From: Mytilus californianus
Taxonomy: Eukaryota
Reading direction: 5' to 3'
Assembly: GCF_021869535.1 (NCBI RefSeq)
Contig: NW_026262701.1
Coordinates: 96,844,001-96,908,000 of the forward strand
DNA: 64,000 bases
Notes under the pieces: model-generated
Databases searched by the model: none
What the model saw: the letters and a program-made list of their open reading frames with translations, nothing else
What the model was told of the DNA's origin: nothing
In this document: positions 25,907 to 39,442 of the stretch, piece after piece
Layout of the letters: each line of letters starts with the position of its first letter
Position numbering within the stretch: position 1 is the first letter of the stretch
Translations under genes and position numbers: made by a program

Positions 25907-28806
25907 TTAAGTTCCTGAGTAGGATGTTAAAGACCCCAACTTACTAAGTTTCCACACTGACAGTTTGTGTTGTTTCATGCACACTACTCATGCTACTCAT
26001 AAACACATTAATACATGTATATCCTTATCCACACTGCACAGTTGTAAATATCAATGAATAGATATGGAACATAAAAGATTTTTACTGCAACAATGTGGGA
26101 CATATACTTGTATCGTCTTGTGAAGTGTTCAGGCTTAACTTGATTCAATCGTGTAATTTTATTATAAATTCTGAACAATTTTTCATGTAGGAAAACTTTA
26201 TTTTGTCTTGGGTTTAAATCCTCCTTGCTTGGATGAGTGGGATATTTTACAGAAGGACAGTTTACTGTCGCCTGAAATATCATGAGATACTTGGCCTGTT
26301 AATGCCTGTTATCAAGTTTCACTTTAACATAGACACCTTTTATATATTCTTTATATTTGAATATAGTTTTTTAAAACTGATATATATTCTTAATGGTGAA
26401 TTTCATTTATATGTATGTACAGTATTCATACCAAGCCGAGGTGACAAGTATTATTACTACATACATTGTATAGTAGGTTTAGTGTACAAGTTCATGGATA
26501 CATGTACATTGTATATACACTACTGTTTTCATTATTTTCCTTCAGATCTTTGTAAAATGTCACATGTGAAGTTAACACTCATTTATAAGATCTGTTGTCA
26601 GAATAGAATAGTTATTTGGGTTGAATGTTTTTAAAATGTGTGATTTAATTCTAAATCAATGAGACTGGTTATTTGTTATTTCAACCCAAGATCTAATCTT
26701 ATCATACATGCATAGATATATACTATATGTATTTAAACCATCTGAGGTCAAAAGCCCTAAGTATTTATTTAATGTAATTGGTATTCTAATGCCTGTTTAT
26801 GTGCATATAAATGTGATATTTACACAATTTAGCATAGAGAATTTGTAAATGAAGGATAGAAATTTAAATTGATATATATAATAACCCTGATATAACCCAG
26901 GTGTTGGTCATAATGCAAATTTATTTGGAGCATAGCCAGGCAGATCTACAAAATAACAATTATGTATCTGTTTTCACATCTTGTTTATTTGTTTAGAATT
27001 CTATATGGAGATTAAGATTTAGTGGTCAAAGATGCCAGATCGGAAGAAATGATCTGTAGTTCAGTATATCAAATAGAATTTTCATCAAAATTTCCTGTTT
27101 CTTTTCTTTGATGGACCTCTCTTTTTAAGACTTATCAGATCCCCGACTGACTTGTGATAAGTTAACATAAGTTTGAGTACCATTAGACTTCAAGTTTATA
27201 ATATTAGACCTGAGTGCAGGAACTATTTCACGATAAATAGCCTTTAAGCAGCTGTATATCTGACCTACTTTAATGCCAGGTATAACAAAACTTTGATTTA
27301 AGTTGATAATCAAGTGTGATAATCTCAACATTTTAAGATTAAGACAAATATTTGACTTTTGGTTTAATTCCATTGTTGTAAGCCTAAGGTCATAAGATTT
27401 TACTACATATTCTACACTACAAAATTACAACAGTTTACAAGATGAATGTTTAATTTTGTCTTCATGAGCATTTAATAAAAAGCATACTGGAGTTAACTGA
27501 GATTTGGAACAAACTGATTTTGACTCCTCAGAGTTAAAAATGCATTTCACATGTTTAACTTATAAGGTTTGACAGTAATAATTGTATTACCGGTATAGCC
27601 TATAGGAAACATTAAAAAAATGACAAGAACTAGATTCAAGTACACTTACAGAAAGAAAGTATACCATTGAATAAGATGGTAAAGAATAAAACTCAGCAGA
27701 CTCCCCGCTGTATGCAATTTTCATCTATTGTGGACTGGTTCATTGTTTTGAACCCTTTAAACATGTTAAACAGAAGAACCTTGATCATATTTTTTCATAA
27801 TTTGAAGTGTGTACATGTTTATATGACGTGTAATTTTGCAAAACATATAAGGATAGATGATATGGGTGGGCCTCATGCCAACTTATGATTACAGTGCATC
27901 TGTTATGTAATTATAGATACTATTTATCATGTTTATATCACAGTTTTTTTATCCCTGATTATAACTTCCCATATGATAAAGATTCAAACACAGATATAAT
28001 CATGTTAGTTTGTGTCCTGATTTAAACTACAGTAATGAAGAAACGCTCTATTTACCACAAGTTTAAAGGACTTCAAAGCATTGTAAAGATCCAATTATCA
28101 TACCTTATTCTGTGTTATGGAATAGTAGACATACCAGATAGGTAATTCTTTCTTATTAGGAACCTTTATCATTACCTGGTTGTTAACAGGTGTACCATGT
28201 AATGTCCTCTTACCTCCTGTTATAGTATGAGGACCTGACTGTCATTCTCCTTATAATGGGGTGTATTGTGGGTATATTGTCACTTGATGAATAGGTGCTT
28301 TATCCTCCATCTTTTAATTTGCATTCCATTCTCTTCCAAATATCCACACACATGTACATGTTTATTGAAACTGCATTAAGAATAAGTACAGATTAGAGTT
28401 ATTGACTTAAAAAAACTTTTAATAAAAGCAGTTCTTGTAACGCCCTAGACCCTTATAGTACCATGCTGTTATTTAAAATAGATTTTATAATAAAATGTTG
28501 TGTAGGTGTTGTGCTATAATTTTTTTGATATAAAAAGAAGAAGATGTGGTATGATTGCCATAGAGACAACTTTCCCCCAGAGAACAAATAACAGAAATTG
28601 ATTTTCTGTTTGAATAGTCTATGGAGTATGCTGAAGTTTAAGTAAGAACAGAAGCTTTTATGTGTTGGATGTTGGAAGTCCTAATTTTGTTGAGCACATT
28701 TCAACTTCATAATGGTCATCACTAGATCTCAAACATAAAAGATTTGAAACATTTATTGTAATTTATTTATTTGTTACTACATGTAATTGACTATTCCTTT
28801 ATTTAG

Positions 28807-29202
28807 GTATAGAAAGTATAAGTGTTCAGATACAGGCAGCGCCTTCAGATGGAATTTTAGGACCAACTAGTTTACAGTTGAAATGTTCTTTTACTACCTT
28901 GACAGGAGAAATTGTTACAGGTGTAAATATTCAGGCTAAAATAAACGGACAGTTTAAAAATATAGCAATATTTTACACTCCATCACTTCCATTAAATGCT
29001 AGCCTAACAACTGATGGCAATTATTTAACAAACAGAGTGACACTTACCAACCCAACAACTTCATCTGCAGATTCTGCTGTAATACAGTTTTCACAGATAG
29101 CCTGTGAAGATGAGAATGAGTACATGTGTAACGTAGCATATGCAGGTTCTGGTGGAAGTACTTCTGAAAATTCTGGTGTTGCTGCTAATATAATTGTTAA
29201 AG
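28807..29202 (+). CDS. IgSF-ITIM receptor exon 2: V-set-like Ig domain
   Basis: Acceptor tttag ending 28806 and donor AG|GTATGA at 29202/29203. B-strand LKC and F-strand DENEYMC motifs. Confidence 0.9.
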
Positions 29203-29639
29203 GTATGAAAAATTCACATTACAACATTGCTGTAAGTCTTCGCATTCTCCATGGAACATGTATATGTGCAAAACTACTTTGTATTAACCATGTTAACTGT
29301 ATATTGTAAATGTTTAATTTTTGAATGATGAAATCCAGCAAGAATTCTTTAATTTGTTCAACTATTTAGCTATAAATCTGAGCAAAATGTCACTTTTCAG
29401 TCAAGAAACTGTGCTTAATTGTCCTTCATCTTAAAACTGTACCCTCTGCCTTAAATCCTATCTAGAACTGCACCTGCAGTAAGGAAACAAGGACATTAGA
29501 TGTTGCTCTTGCCTTTAGATTTAAAAGAAGCAGGCTCCAAGCAGCTCAGTAATGTCAATCATGGAAAATCAAAAATGCTTAATTGTTTCTGTAGAAAAAA
29601 AACCTGTGAAAACTCTTAACAGTTCTTACCTTACTAGGT

Positions 29640-30115
29640 TGTGGGGGAGGGGGGGGACACATAAAATACTGGGCCGTCTGTCTGTCTGGTCTTGTAAGTG
29701 CACTAAATTCTTGCCAGATTTTTAAAAATTTATATCATACATGTAAGTTTATATCAGCAATGTCTCTGATAAGTTATAAAAACAGTGTTGATAAACTATT
29801 TTTAAAAGAGTAATGCCCCTTGGAAATATTAAATATATGGAAAATTTCATTGTTAGCGCTCTCATGTGTACAATTCTTGCCAGATTTTTATCAAATTTAT
29901 ATTAACAGTTTATGTCAGCACTGTCTTGGATAAGTTCGAAAAATCAGTGCCGATCTAATATTTTTAAAAGAGTTATGGCCCTTTGGAAATATTAATTATA
30001 TGGAAAATTGCATTGTAAATGCTCTCATGTGTACAATTTTTGCCAGATCAGTGCCAGTCAAATATGTTTAAAGGAGTTATGCCCTTGGAAATATTAATTA
30101 TATAACGCAGGGGAC
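29640..30115 (+). mobile_element. Degenerate HINE-like element with ~3 x ~170-bp units
   Basis: GTCT microsatellite near the 5' end. TCTTGCCAGAT / TTTTGCCAGAT recurs at ~29709, ~29875 and ~30040. Confidence 0.5.
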
Positions 30116-30176
30116 ATTGGAACTTTGTTCTTTTTTTAATTTCATGAATGTTTATTACTTGCTTATAAATAGGTTA

Positions 30177-31980
30177 ATTAGTCCCCTACCGACGAAGTCG
30201 AAGGGGGCTTTAGGTTTGCACTCTGTCCGTCTGTCCATCCGTCAGTCAGGGAAATAGGTTTTCCACACTTTTCATGCCCCGGCCATAGCAGAGGGGGCAT
30301 TAAATTTTACCCTTGTCCGTCTGTACGTCCATCCGTCCATCTGTCCGTACGTCCCAAAATTGGTTTCCGTTCTCTAACTTTAGTTTGCCTCAACCAAATG
30401 TTATGAAACTTATACACAATGCTTATCAACACAAAACACAGGTCAAGTTTAAATTTGGGTGGCGTCACTTTTACTGTTCTAGAGTTATGCCCCTTTACAA
30501 ATGGAAAAATTGCTGAATTTTTCGTTTCCGTTCTCTAACTTTAGTTTGCCTCAACCAAATGTTATGAAACTTACACACAATGCTTATTAACACAAAACAC
30601 AGGTCAAATTTGAATTTGGGTGGCGTCACTTTTACTGTTCTAGAGTTATGCCCCTTTACAGATGGAAAAATTGCTGAATTTTTTGTTTCTGTTCTCTTAC
30701 TTTAGTTTGCCTCAACCAAATGTTTTGAAACTTATACACAATGCTTATTACCACAAAACACAGATCAAGTTTGAATTTTGGTGGCGTCACTTTTACCGTT
30801 CTAGAGTTATGCCCCTTTACAAATGGAAAAATTGCTGAATTTTTCGTTTCCATTCTCTAACTTTAGTTTGCCTCAACCAAATGTTATGAAACTTGCACAC
30901 AATGCTTATAAACACAAAACACAGGTCAAATATGAATTTGGGTGGCGTCACTTTTACTGTTCTAGAGTTACGCCCCTTTACAGATGGAAAAATTGCTGAA
31001 TTTTTTGTTTCTGTTCTCTTACTTTAGTTTGCCTCAACCAAATGTTTTGAAACTTATACACAATGCTTATTACCACAAAACACAGATCAAGTTTGAATTT
31101 TGGTGGCGTCACTTTTACCGTTCTAGAGTTATGCCCCTTTACAAATGGAAAAATTGCTGAATTTTTCGTTTCCGTTCTCTAACTTTAGTTTGCCTCAACC
31201 AAATCTTTTGAAACTTATACACAATGCTTATTACCACAAAACACAGATCAAGGTTGAATTTTGGTGGCGTCACTTTTACAGATCTTGAGTTATGTCCCTT
31301 TATAACGTTATATGCAAGCGGGGGCATTATCTTTGTCCCATTGACACATTCCCAATTTTTTTCTTCACGCTTGAAGATATTGATTTGATATTTAGTGTAT
31401 TGTTTTATCATGACAAGTTACAGTTCAAGTTCAAATTTTGTTCTGGTCTGATGATTTTGTGCAGAGTAATGGTCCTTGGACTTAGAAAATTCACTAAAAT
31501 AATCAGTTTTCCGCACTTTTTTTTGTCATTCTTGAATATATTGATTTGATAATTGGTTTATAGTTTTATCATGACAAGTTACAGTTCAAGTTTGAATTTT
31601 GTTCCGGTCTGATGATTTTGTGCAGAGTTATGGTCCTTGGACTTAGAAAATTCACTCAAATAATCAGTTTTCCACCCTTTTTTTTGTCATGCTTGAAGAT
31701 ATTAATTTGAAAATTGGTATGTAGTTTTATCATGACAAGTTACAGATCAAATTCAAAGTTTGTTCTGGTCTGATGATTTTGTGCAGAGTTATGGTCACTT
31801 AAATAATCAGTTTTCAATACTTTTTTTCGTCATGCTTGAAGATATTGATTTGATATTTGTTATATAGTTTACACCAGGACAAGTTATAGATCAAGCTAGA
31901 ATTTTGTTCCAATACAATGAATTTTTAACCGGTAGGGGACTATGTATTGCCATGCAATACTCACAGAATGCTTTTGTTTT
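30177..31980 (+). mobile_element. Outer HINE-like element (~165-bp internal units) containing a nested HINE
   Basis: Perfect 12-bp subTIR AGTCCCCTACCG (30180-30191) / CGGTAGGGGACT (31930-31941). 3' hairpin GTATTGC-CAT-GCAATAC (31944-31960) and GTCY microsatellite. Units with tcatgacaagttacag repeat across 31360-31900. Confidence 0.85.
30271..31358 (+). mobile_element. Inner HINE-like element with 6 x 161-bp satellite monomers
   Basis: 5' ATGCCCC..GGGGGCAT hairpin and GTCC microsatellite. Monomers start at 30364, 30525, 30686, 30847, 31008 and 31169. 3' GCGGGGGCAT plus hairpin. Confidence 0.9.
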
Positions 31981-32022
31981 ATTAGTTGTTGATGCTTTTT
32001 ATTTACATTGAATGTATAATAG

Positions 32023-32373
32023 GTAACCCAGAAGAACCAGACAATGTACCAGTATATGTACCATCAGCTGGGATAGAAGAAGGCAATACTGTTGTCTTTA
32101 CATGTACTGGCAATGTCGGCAAACCACAAGGCAAATTCAGATGGGTGAGATACAGACGTAACTCCAATGGTGCTACTATACAGGAAACACCATATGAAAC
32201 AGAAACCACTACAGCTACTCAAATGCCAGGAACCTGTACATTTAATGGCACCAGTCAGCTGACACTGAAGATGGAACAAGAAGATAATAATGCAGTAGTT
32301 AGATGTCAGGTTGTTTATCAAGAAGTACCACAAGGAAGTTTATACAAACAGACGGATGACATAAATGTTTATT
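32023..32373 (+). CDS. IgSF-ITIM receptor exon 3: C2-like Ig domain
   Basis: Acceptor AG at 32021-32022 and donor T|GTAAGT at 32373/32374. Motifs FTCTGNVGKPQGKFRW and EDNNAVVRC. Confidence 0.9.
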
Positions 32374-32985
32374 GTAAGTAGGGGTTTAATAAGTTTTGAT
32401 ATATATGTATCATTCCATGGGTAAAATTTAAATCATGAAGGTTATAAAATAATGATTAACAATGATTAAGAAGTGATGAGGAAAAGTGGAATAGAATTTA
32501 CAAATGTTTTATTGTACCTACATTATTGCTGCATGGAAGGTGCTGTTACATAAAAACACCTTGTTTCCAAATATTTCAAGTGAGATGAAAGGTCCCTCAG
32601 ACTACACAATTTATTTTTTTAATTAAAAAAAAAAAATGCTGTCGGGCAAAAACATAAATAAAAATACCAGAATATCAACATGGCTTATAATCATGATTGT
32701 GGAAACTCATGTGTAATTGTCTTTTGTATGCTTCCCTCTCACAGTGTATATGAATAGAAATACAGCTGTGGAAGCATTTGTCATGTTTGTGAGAAGGCAA
32801 TAAATAATAAAGTACAAGTTTGCTAATATTTACATCTGTGTGTGTGATAGGATAAATGTGATAACAAAAACAATTGGTAAAGGAATATGAACATGATGTA
32901 AGAAGGGATTGTTTAAACAAAATTGTTTAGGAAATTGTTGTAAATAAATTTTTCTTACAGTGTTTTTCTCTTATTTTTACTACAG

Positions 32986-33270
32986 ATAGTGTTAGGAATG
33001 TACAAGTAACAAAGTCTCCCACCAATCCTTCCTTTGCTGAAGGAGCAGGACCCATAACTCTTACATGTACATCAGAGGGAAATCCTGCTGTAATAAACAC
33101 AGGTTATACTTGGTACAAAGAATCCAATACCAGTGTGTCACTAGGGACTGGTTCTACATATGTCATCAGTAATGTTGTGGTTAATGAAACAGATAACTAC
33201 ATATGTGTTGCACAGAACAGTTTCAATGGACAAACATTCAACATGAACAACTCTATACACATACAAATAG
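32986..33270 (+). CDS. IgSF-ITIM receptor exon 4: I/C2-set Ig domain
   Basis: Acceptor ttttactacag ending 32985 and donor AG|GTTGGT at 33270/33271. 95 open codons with LTCTSEGNP, YTWYK and ETDNYIC. Missed by the ORF track. Confidence 0.9.
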
Positions 33271-36079
33271 GTTGGTATCTATATACACACAAACACACAC
33301 ATTGAACAATATTTTCTCCTCAACTCACTGTTAATGTTAGGGAATGAACACCTCAAAAAAAATGTCTGCATACGACTCTTGTAACCATTAGGCTAAAAAC
33401 AAAATGGATATGATATGCTGTTAATAGTAAGTAGGGAAGGATCGATAACACAATACAAATATGGTTATACACATTAAATGATAGTTTCTCGTCAAATATT
33501 GATATTTAATATTTTATTTGTTTAATCTTATAATCAGAAATTTAGTAACTTGGAATAGCTATTGAACATGTGAAACACATGTATCGAGGTAATTTCTGCA
33601 TACTCAATGATACTTGTTGAAAACAAAACAAAAACTAAAAAAAAAGGAAGAAAAATGAATAAGGGCTTTTCTTTATAAATACAGTCAAATAAGGTTTGCT
33701 ATTATTTTGTTACCACAGATTTCCATATATATACATGATATTATATGCATATTTTGTTTTTTTAAATTACACAATTTACTGTTGGAAATAATTTTATTTG
33801 TTTATTTTGCTTTTTTTGTGCTGTGATGTTTTTTTTATAAAGACTTAATTATTATTGAATTCAAATTAAAAGAGTAAAAATGTTTGAATATATTTGCATT
33901 TTAGTTACATTTTTTTCGTTAATCTGTGCATGTGCATGCAAAACAATATTTTCTTTATTTCTCATGTTTATATTCTTATTCTATCAACAAGTTGATTGTT
34001 TTCTGGGTTGTTAAAAGTTTTATCTTTTAAATTTATTTTGCTTTTGTTTTATTTTTTGTTTTTGTACAAATCCTGAAAATTTACTTAAAACATCATCAAA
34101 AAGTAAAATATCTTATCATGCTAATTAGCAGAAATTGTAGAAAAATGAAATCACTAGTCACCAAAGACTATTGAACTATTTATGGAATTTGTATAATGGA
34201 ATTATGAAGCATAAAAGACTTGAAATATGTGTCAGCTGAAGGAATTTAGAAAAATGGTCAGTGAACAGGTAAAAATGTGGAGAGATCCGTCCAAAAAAAC
34301 AATAATTTAAAAAAAAATATTTTCTATTGCTAAAAATTGAAAAAAATTAATCAGATGCTAGGAAAAATGTACACTATATAATGCTTATTATCAGAGAATA
34401 TTTTTAAAACATATATTTAAATGGACATTATGTACTATAACACTTCTGCATGTGTCTTTAAAACAGGCACAGTTAATCAACAGTTTATAATATATTATCT
34501 ATTATATAAAGTATAAACTATGAAAGCATTGATAATAGAAATAGATCTTCTCAGAAGCTTCTCAAATATTGTATTTAAAAAATCAATGACCAAGTTGACA
34601 TGATGAGGGGGTTTGAAGAAATCCTATTTACCATTGAGACTTAAATTTGGATGTAACTGGCATAACTGTGATGCAGGTTGTGTTTAAGGATATTTAATTA
34701 AAAAACAGCGAAATTCACATCTGGTCCATGTGATGTTCTTTACACATACAAATGGTCATAATAGGCTTTTTAAGTGTAGCATGATATATAGTTCTCCATT
34801 ATCTCAGTTCTTCCTTCCTTCCTTCCTTCCTTTGGTTGTCCATTATCATTCCTAGGCTATATACCTCCAGTATAAAAAAAATTCTTTCAAAACAAAGTTG
34901 TATATTTCAACTGTATTTAGATACAGAATGACACACTTTTCTGTGTCATTGAAAGGATGCAAATTGAATAATGCCTGACAACCCAAAATTGCAAGAAAAA
35001 ATAAAAACATTACAGTTTAACAGATTTTTTTTTACTTATTTACTTAGTCTACATTGCAGAATTGTTGCTGCTTGTGTCTTCCAAACTCCCAAGTAACTTG
35101 AACAAAAAAAGGTAAACAGTCTTGTAAAGAGGCTAATATAATTATATAGTCAGGAGTAATTTGATGAATTAAAGGGAGTAGGACCCTAATATGGCCCCTA
35201 TTTGGAGCAAAAATTTCTTAATGAGTCATAGCTAACACTATGACTAGATAAGAAATAGGGCTCTGTAAGAGATTTATTCATCAGCATTCTTTTAATGATG
35301 CCACAATTAGTGCAAATTTTGATTTTCCATGAAATGTAAATAAAAGATAACAGTGCATACGTCAACAACAAATATCTTTTGACATTATGTTTTTTTTATA
35401 ACAAATTAAAATGTGGTTGAAATCCATGTGATTTTGTCAATTTTCACCAAAATCCCTATTCTTGGCCTATTTGGGGTGACCACTTATTAAAACTAGACGA
35501 CAATAATTCTATTTCAATTTCTTGTATGTCTATTCATTGATTTAAATCACTTTTTATCTTGAAACAATGGACTTAACATTTGAGACCAACTAGGGCCCTT
35601 ACCAAAATTAATCCCTGAATATAATTGTTATTTTTAGTTTGATTAGAAAGAAGACAACCCCATAAAAGTAATCATCCTTCAATGGCAGTTCTCACTGCAT
35701 AGCAGTGAATCCCAGTGACACATGATCGAATTATTAAGCTTTACTTGTAACTGAACCACAGCACTATACTTCTGAGAAGATTTTAGATAACTTTGTATAA
35801 GCTAGAGCTTTTTTTTCAGAGAATGACACCAATTAAATACAGTTCTTGATTTGTACATATGTTTTCTATGTTTTTATTTCATTTTATTGGTAAAGGTTTT
35901 CTAATTTTTAATAGATTATTGTATCTTGTATTCAGTTGATTTTGAAGGAGGAAGCAATTTCAAAAGAAAAACTGAGGAAATTTCCTCATACTATGTTCAT
36001 AATAAACCAAACGTGTTTGGTTATATGATATACAATATCCAAATGGTCATATGTTTTTTTTTTTAGTTTAAATAAGTTG

Positions 36080-36286
36080 CTGTGGATTCATTTATTTTCA
36101 TGGATACCAATTATGCGGATTACAGAAAATATGTAATTTCATCAATATTTGATGTCATTGTTTTGGCTTAGTCAGCATTTCATCCTTAATAAATTTCTTA
36201 TTTCATCGAACATTAAAATTTGTGGTTAACATATCCCCATGAAATCTACAAAAAATTGTATCTCACGAATAATGAGGTATCCACAG
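36080..36286. mobile_element. MITE related to 21892-22122
   Basis: CTGTGGATTCATT ... ATCCACAG termini and a similar interior (ttttcatgg..acca, catcgaacatt.aaatttgtg). Confidence 0.55.
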
Positions 36287-36452
36287 CAAAACTTTTATTG
36301 AAATTTCATCAAAATTCATCAAAAACAAAGGGCTTTACAAGAATCAAAGACAACTCTCACAATTACTGTTTTTTTGAGTAAAATAAGACTAAATCAAGAT
36401 CTGTATGGTGGTATATTTGGCAACTAGTGCATGATACTTTTTACTTTATTAG

Positions 36453-36536
36453 ACTTTACCACTACAACCTCAACTACAACTCCTTCTACTACTGCAGAGT
36501 CGAGTCCAACTGCAGCACCACAGCTACCCCAAAAAG
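36453..36536 (+). CDS. IgSF-ITIM receptor exon 5: Ser/Thr/Pro-rich stalk (DFTTTTSTTTPSTTAESSPTAAPQLPQK)
   Basis: Acceptor ttttactttattag and donor G|GTAAGT at 36536/36537; 84 nt, phase 1-1. Confidence 0.85.
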
Positions 36537-37714
36537 GTAAGTTTAACAAGTATATCAATGGGAGGGAAACTAATTAAAACTATTTCATTACATGAAGAAT
36601 CAAAGTAAAGCTGCATTAATAATTATCACCTGCAAGGGAATGATCACCTTATCTGATAACTATGTTAACTTAAACAGTTGTCATTTGAATGGTCAACAGA
36701 CTTAGTTACAAATCAACTTGCTTCGAAAGTGGCAAGTCCCACATAAAACTTCTTAAAGAGGTTGAGGTTAAAAGATGATAAACATGCCCCTTTTTAATGC
36801 AGGAAAAATCTATATACCTGTATTGTGCTTTGTTAAACTTGCTACATAAGGTGCAAATAGTTATAATGCTGTGTTTAGACAAGAAATGGACTAGGGGAAG
36901 TAGTTACCTATTTCATTCATCATTAAATATGTATACTGCTTTGAAGAAATGTTGGATGAATTGGCACACATTTTGGAGTTTTCTGATTATTTAATCAAAT
37001 GTTTAGCAGAGGGTACCTATTTGGTATGATCAGTTCCTTGTGCAATTCTTACAAAAATCCTTAAAACTTTAAAAAAAGGAGTGTACACAATTTGAAGTTT
37101 TACCTTCAGTTGTTTAATAAGAAAAAATTTCACAATTTTTTCCACACTTGGAATTGCAATTAAATTTGTGTAGGCCACACTAATAGCAGAAGGGGTGCAA
37201 GATATTTTGGTTTGTGCAACAGTTCGTTCATCTGTCAGTTCATCCCATATCCGGTAACAGATTTTTCGTGAATTCATTATCATGTCAACTTTAAAAATTA
37301 TTTTCAAAATTCGTGTTTTGACACCTGATTTAATTGTTTACTGAACTGTTCACTTGACAAAGAAATGTGATACTGTGATTGTTGTACAATGTACATTCTA
37401 AGGTTTAATTTTTTGTTCGAGGTAGTTTACCATAAAATTGTGGCCATATCAACTTGAAACATAACTTTTTAAATTTATGCCAAATTTCAGTTTTGACCCT
37501 GATTTCATGGTTTAATGCACATGGACACATGATTGTCCAATCAGAGCATAGTGTTGTTCATAATCATAAGTATTTTAAACAAGGATACACATTTTATGCA
37601 TTCAACTCCATCTATATACACATATTGATGTGCATTTCACATTTTGGAAGTGATATGGGTTTTTTGCCATTTTTAGGAACTTTAATAGCAACATGTTACC
37701 TAAGCATAGAAACA

Positions 37715-38065
37715 TATTAAAATGAGATGTGGCATGATTGCAAATGATACAATTATCCACCGTAGCCCACATGATGTGAATGTAAGAAACTATAGGTCAT
37801 TGTATGGTGTAAAAGCACAACATTATAACAAACAGTAGAAATAAGTTGGAAAGGATTTGACTCATCAGATCGGCTTATAGCACAATAATCTAACAAAAAG
37901 ACCAAATTTTGACACAAAGTAATGATCTAATATCAATCACTGTTATTGAAAGCTAGCTCAAAGCCATTTACAACTAATAAATACATCATGTTTTCCTAGA
38001 CTTTAATATCAATTGGTACACATCCAACAGATTTAGTGTAAAGACTTCATCAGCAGACTGACAAA
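37715..38065 (+). repeat. Deleted copy of the 39443-40095 repeat
   Basis: Shares head and tail blocks with 39443-40095. Confidence 0.6.
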
Positions 38066-38729
38066 TTTATATTTGAAGTTTAAAAGAATATTTACATACA
38101 CTTCATTATGGAATTTTTATTTTATACAAAACTATTTTAGTATTTACTCTTATAGTTAATTTCATTCTTTCATGAATTATTTTCATTTTAGACAAACTTC
38201 AGTTCTTGAAGAAACATATTTTTCTAATCATTTTTTTTATTCCATTTACTAAAGACATCAAAGTAGCTAGCAGTTAACAACTTTTTTGTACAGGGACTTT
38301 TATACGTATGACTGAAAATCTCCTACCAGATTGGTACTTATTTTAATTCAGTTTTTTTTGGAAAGAAAAGAAATTAGATAGCTGTTTGATTAATCCTGAA
38401 GGGAAAAACTATTGAAACAGATAGCAGATATTTCATTTTATTTAAGTGCTTTATAAGAAAAGCTAGACAAAAATAGTTCTATTTCACTTTCTTACATGTC
38501 TTTTCATCAACTTTAAACACTCTTTATCACGACTTAATATTCAGGGCCAAATAATGCCCATACTGAACTTATTCCTTTGGAATATCATGAAGCTCTAAGA
38601 TATCAGATATTGTCATGGAAACAGAATATAAACACATGATATGAATGTATGTTGCTAGAAGTGTAAAGTTTGAAATCACTTCTGAATTTTTGACTTTATA
38701 TTTACTTTTTGTTTTTCTTATCATTAAAG

Positions 38730-38858
38730 ATAGTGGGATAGGTACTGGTGAAATTGCAGGAATAGCTGTTGGTTTAGCAGTTCTCGTCATAATAATTATA
38801 ATCATAGTTATCTTTATTCTGAGGAAAAAGAGTAGAGGGAAGGATGACAGTATTGATG
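38730..38858 (+). CDS. IgSF-ITIM receptor exon 6: transmembrane helix and RKK stop-transfer
   Basis: Acceptor AG at 38728-38729 and donor G|GTAAGA at 38858/38859. Sequence GEIAGIAVGLAVLVIIIIIIVIFILRKK. Confidence 0.9.
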
Positions 38859-39442
38859 GTAAGAACAATGGCTTTCATAAACTGCATTTTGTAATATGGC
38901 TTATAAACATGAAAAGTTTTTGAAAGTTATACAGTGTCAAATGATACATTTAATCGTGAGAACAAACAAGTGTTCTTCAGAGTCATTATAAATTGAGGAA
39001 TTCATCAAACGAAAAACCAGCCAATTGATCACAAAATTGCACATTAGAAAGATATTGCAAACAGTTAACTTTATTACACATTTAGTTAGAAAACAAAATA
39101 TTTGAATGCTAACTGTTGAAAGGATTCTCGTAATGAAGCCATTCGTCCATTTCAACAGAATGTGTTTTGCTCTTGGAGACCAAGGTCAGGCAAATAAGTT
39201 GTGAACATATATAGAAGATAATGTTAATACTTCGTATGAATGTTCCCTTTTTAGCTTGGCCTAAAAGAGTTTTGTCAAGCTTAAGAAATAAAATCTCAGT
39301 TATGAAGAAAACATCAAATTAATTGTTGAACACTAAATACCCTTAATCTGAATGCCAAATTTGTTACATCTCTTACTTGTCAATTACATATATATCTGTG
39401 ATACTTATTTTCTTGTCCTCTGCCATGTAAATATAGAAATAA

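Noticed and set aside
28807-29202. Siglec (sialic-acid-binding) identity for the ITIM receptor
   Set aside because: The F strand reads EYMCNVAY and lacks the essential Arg, and the Siglec cysteine pattern is absent. The resemblance is architectural only.
30313-31549. ORFs in 161-bp arrays (also 23436-23780, 46345-46533, 46823-47043, 47972-48256)
   Set aside because: Translations of satellite monomers that repeat the same peptide; no transposase motifs.
31984-31985. Alternative AG 37 nt upstream of the exon 3 acceptor, at the HINE edge
   Set aside because: Using it in phase 1 gives an in-frame TGA within nine codons.
35048-35111. Candidate extra exon in intron 4 (good pyrimidine tract, AG|GTAAAC donor)
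   Set aside because: 64 nt (or 52 nt from the second AG) changes phase 1 to 2 and breaks the frame with exon 5. At most a cryptic or poison exon.
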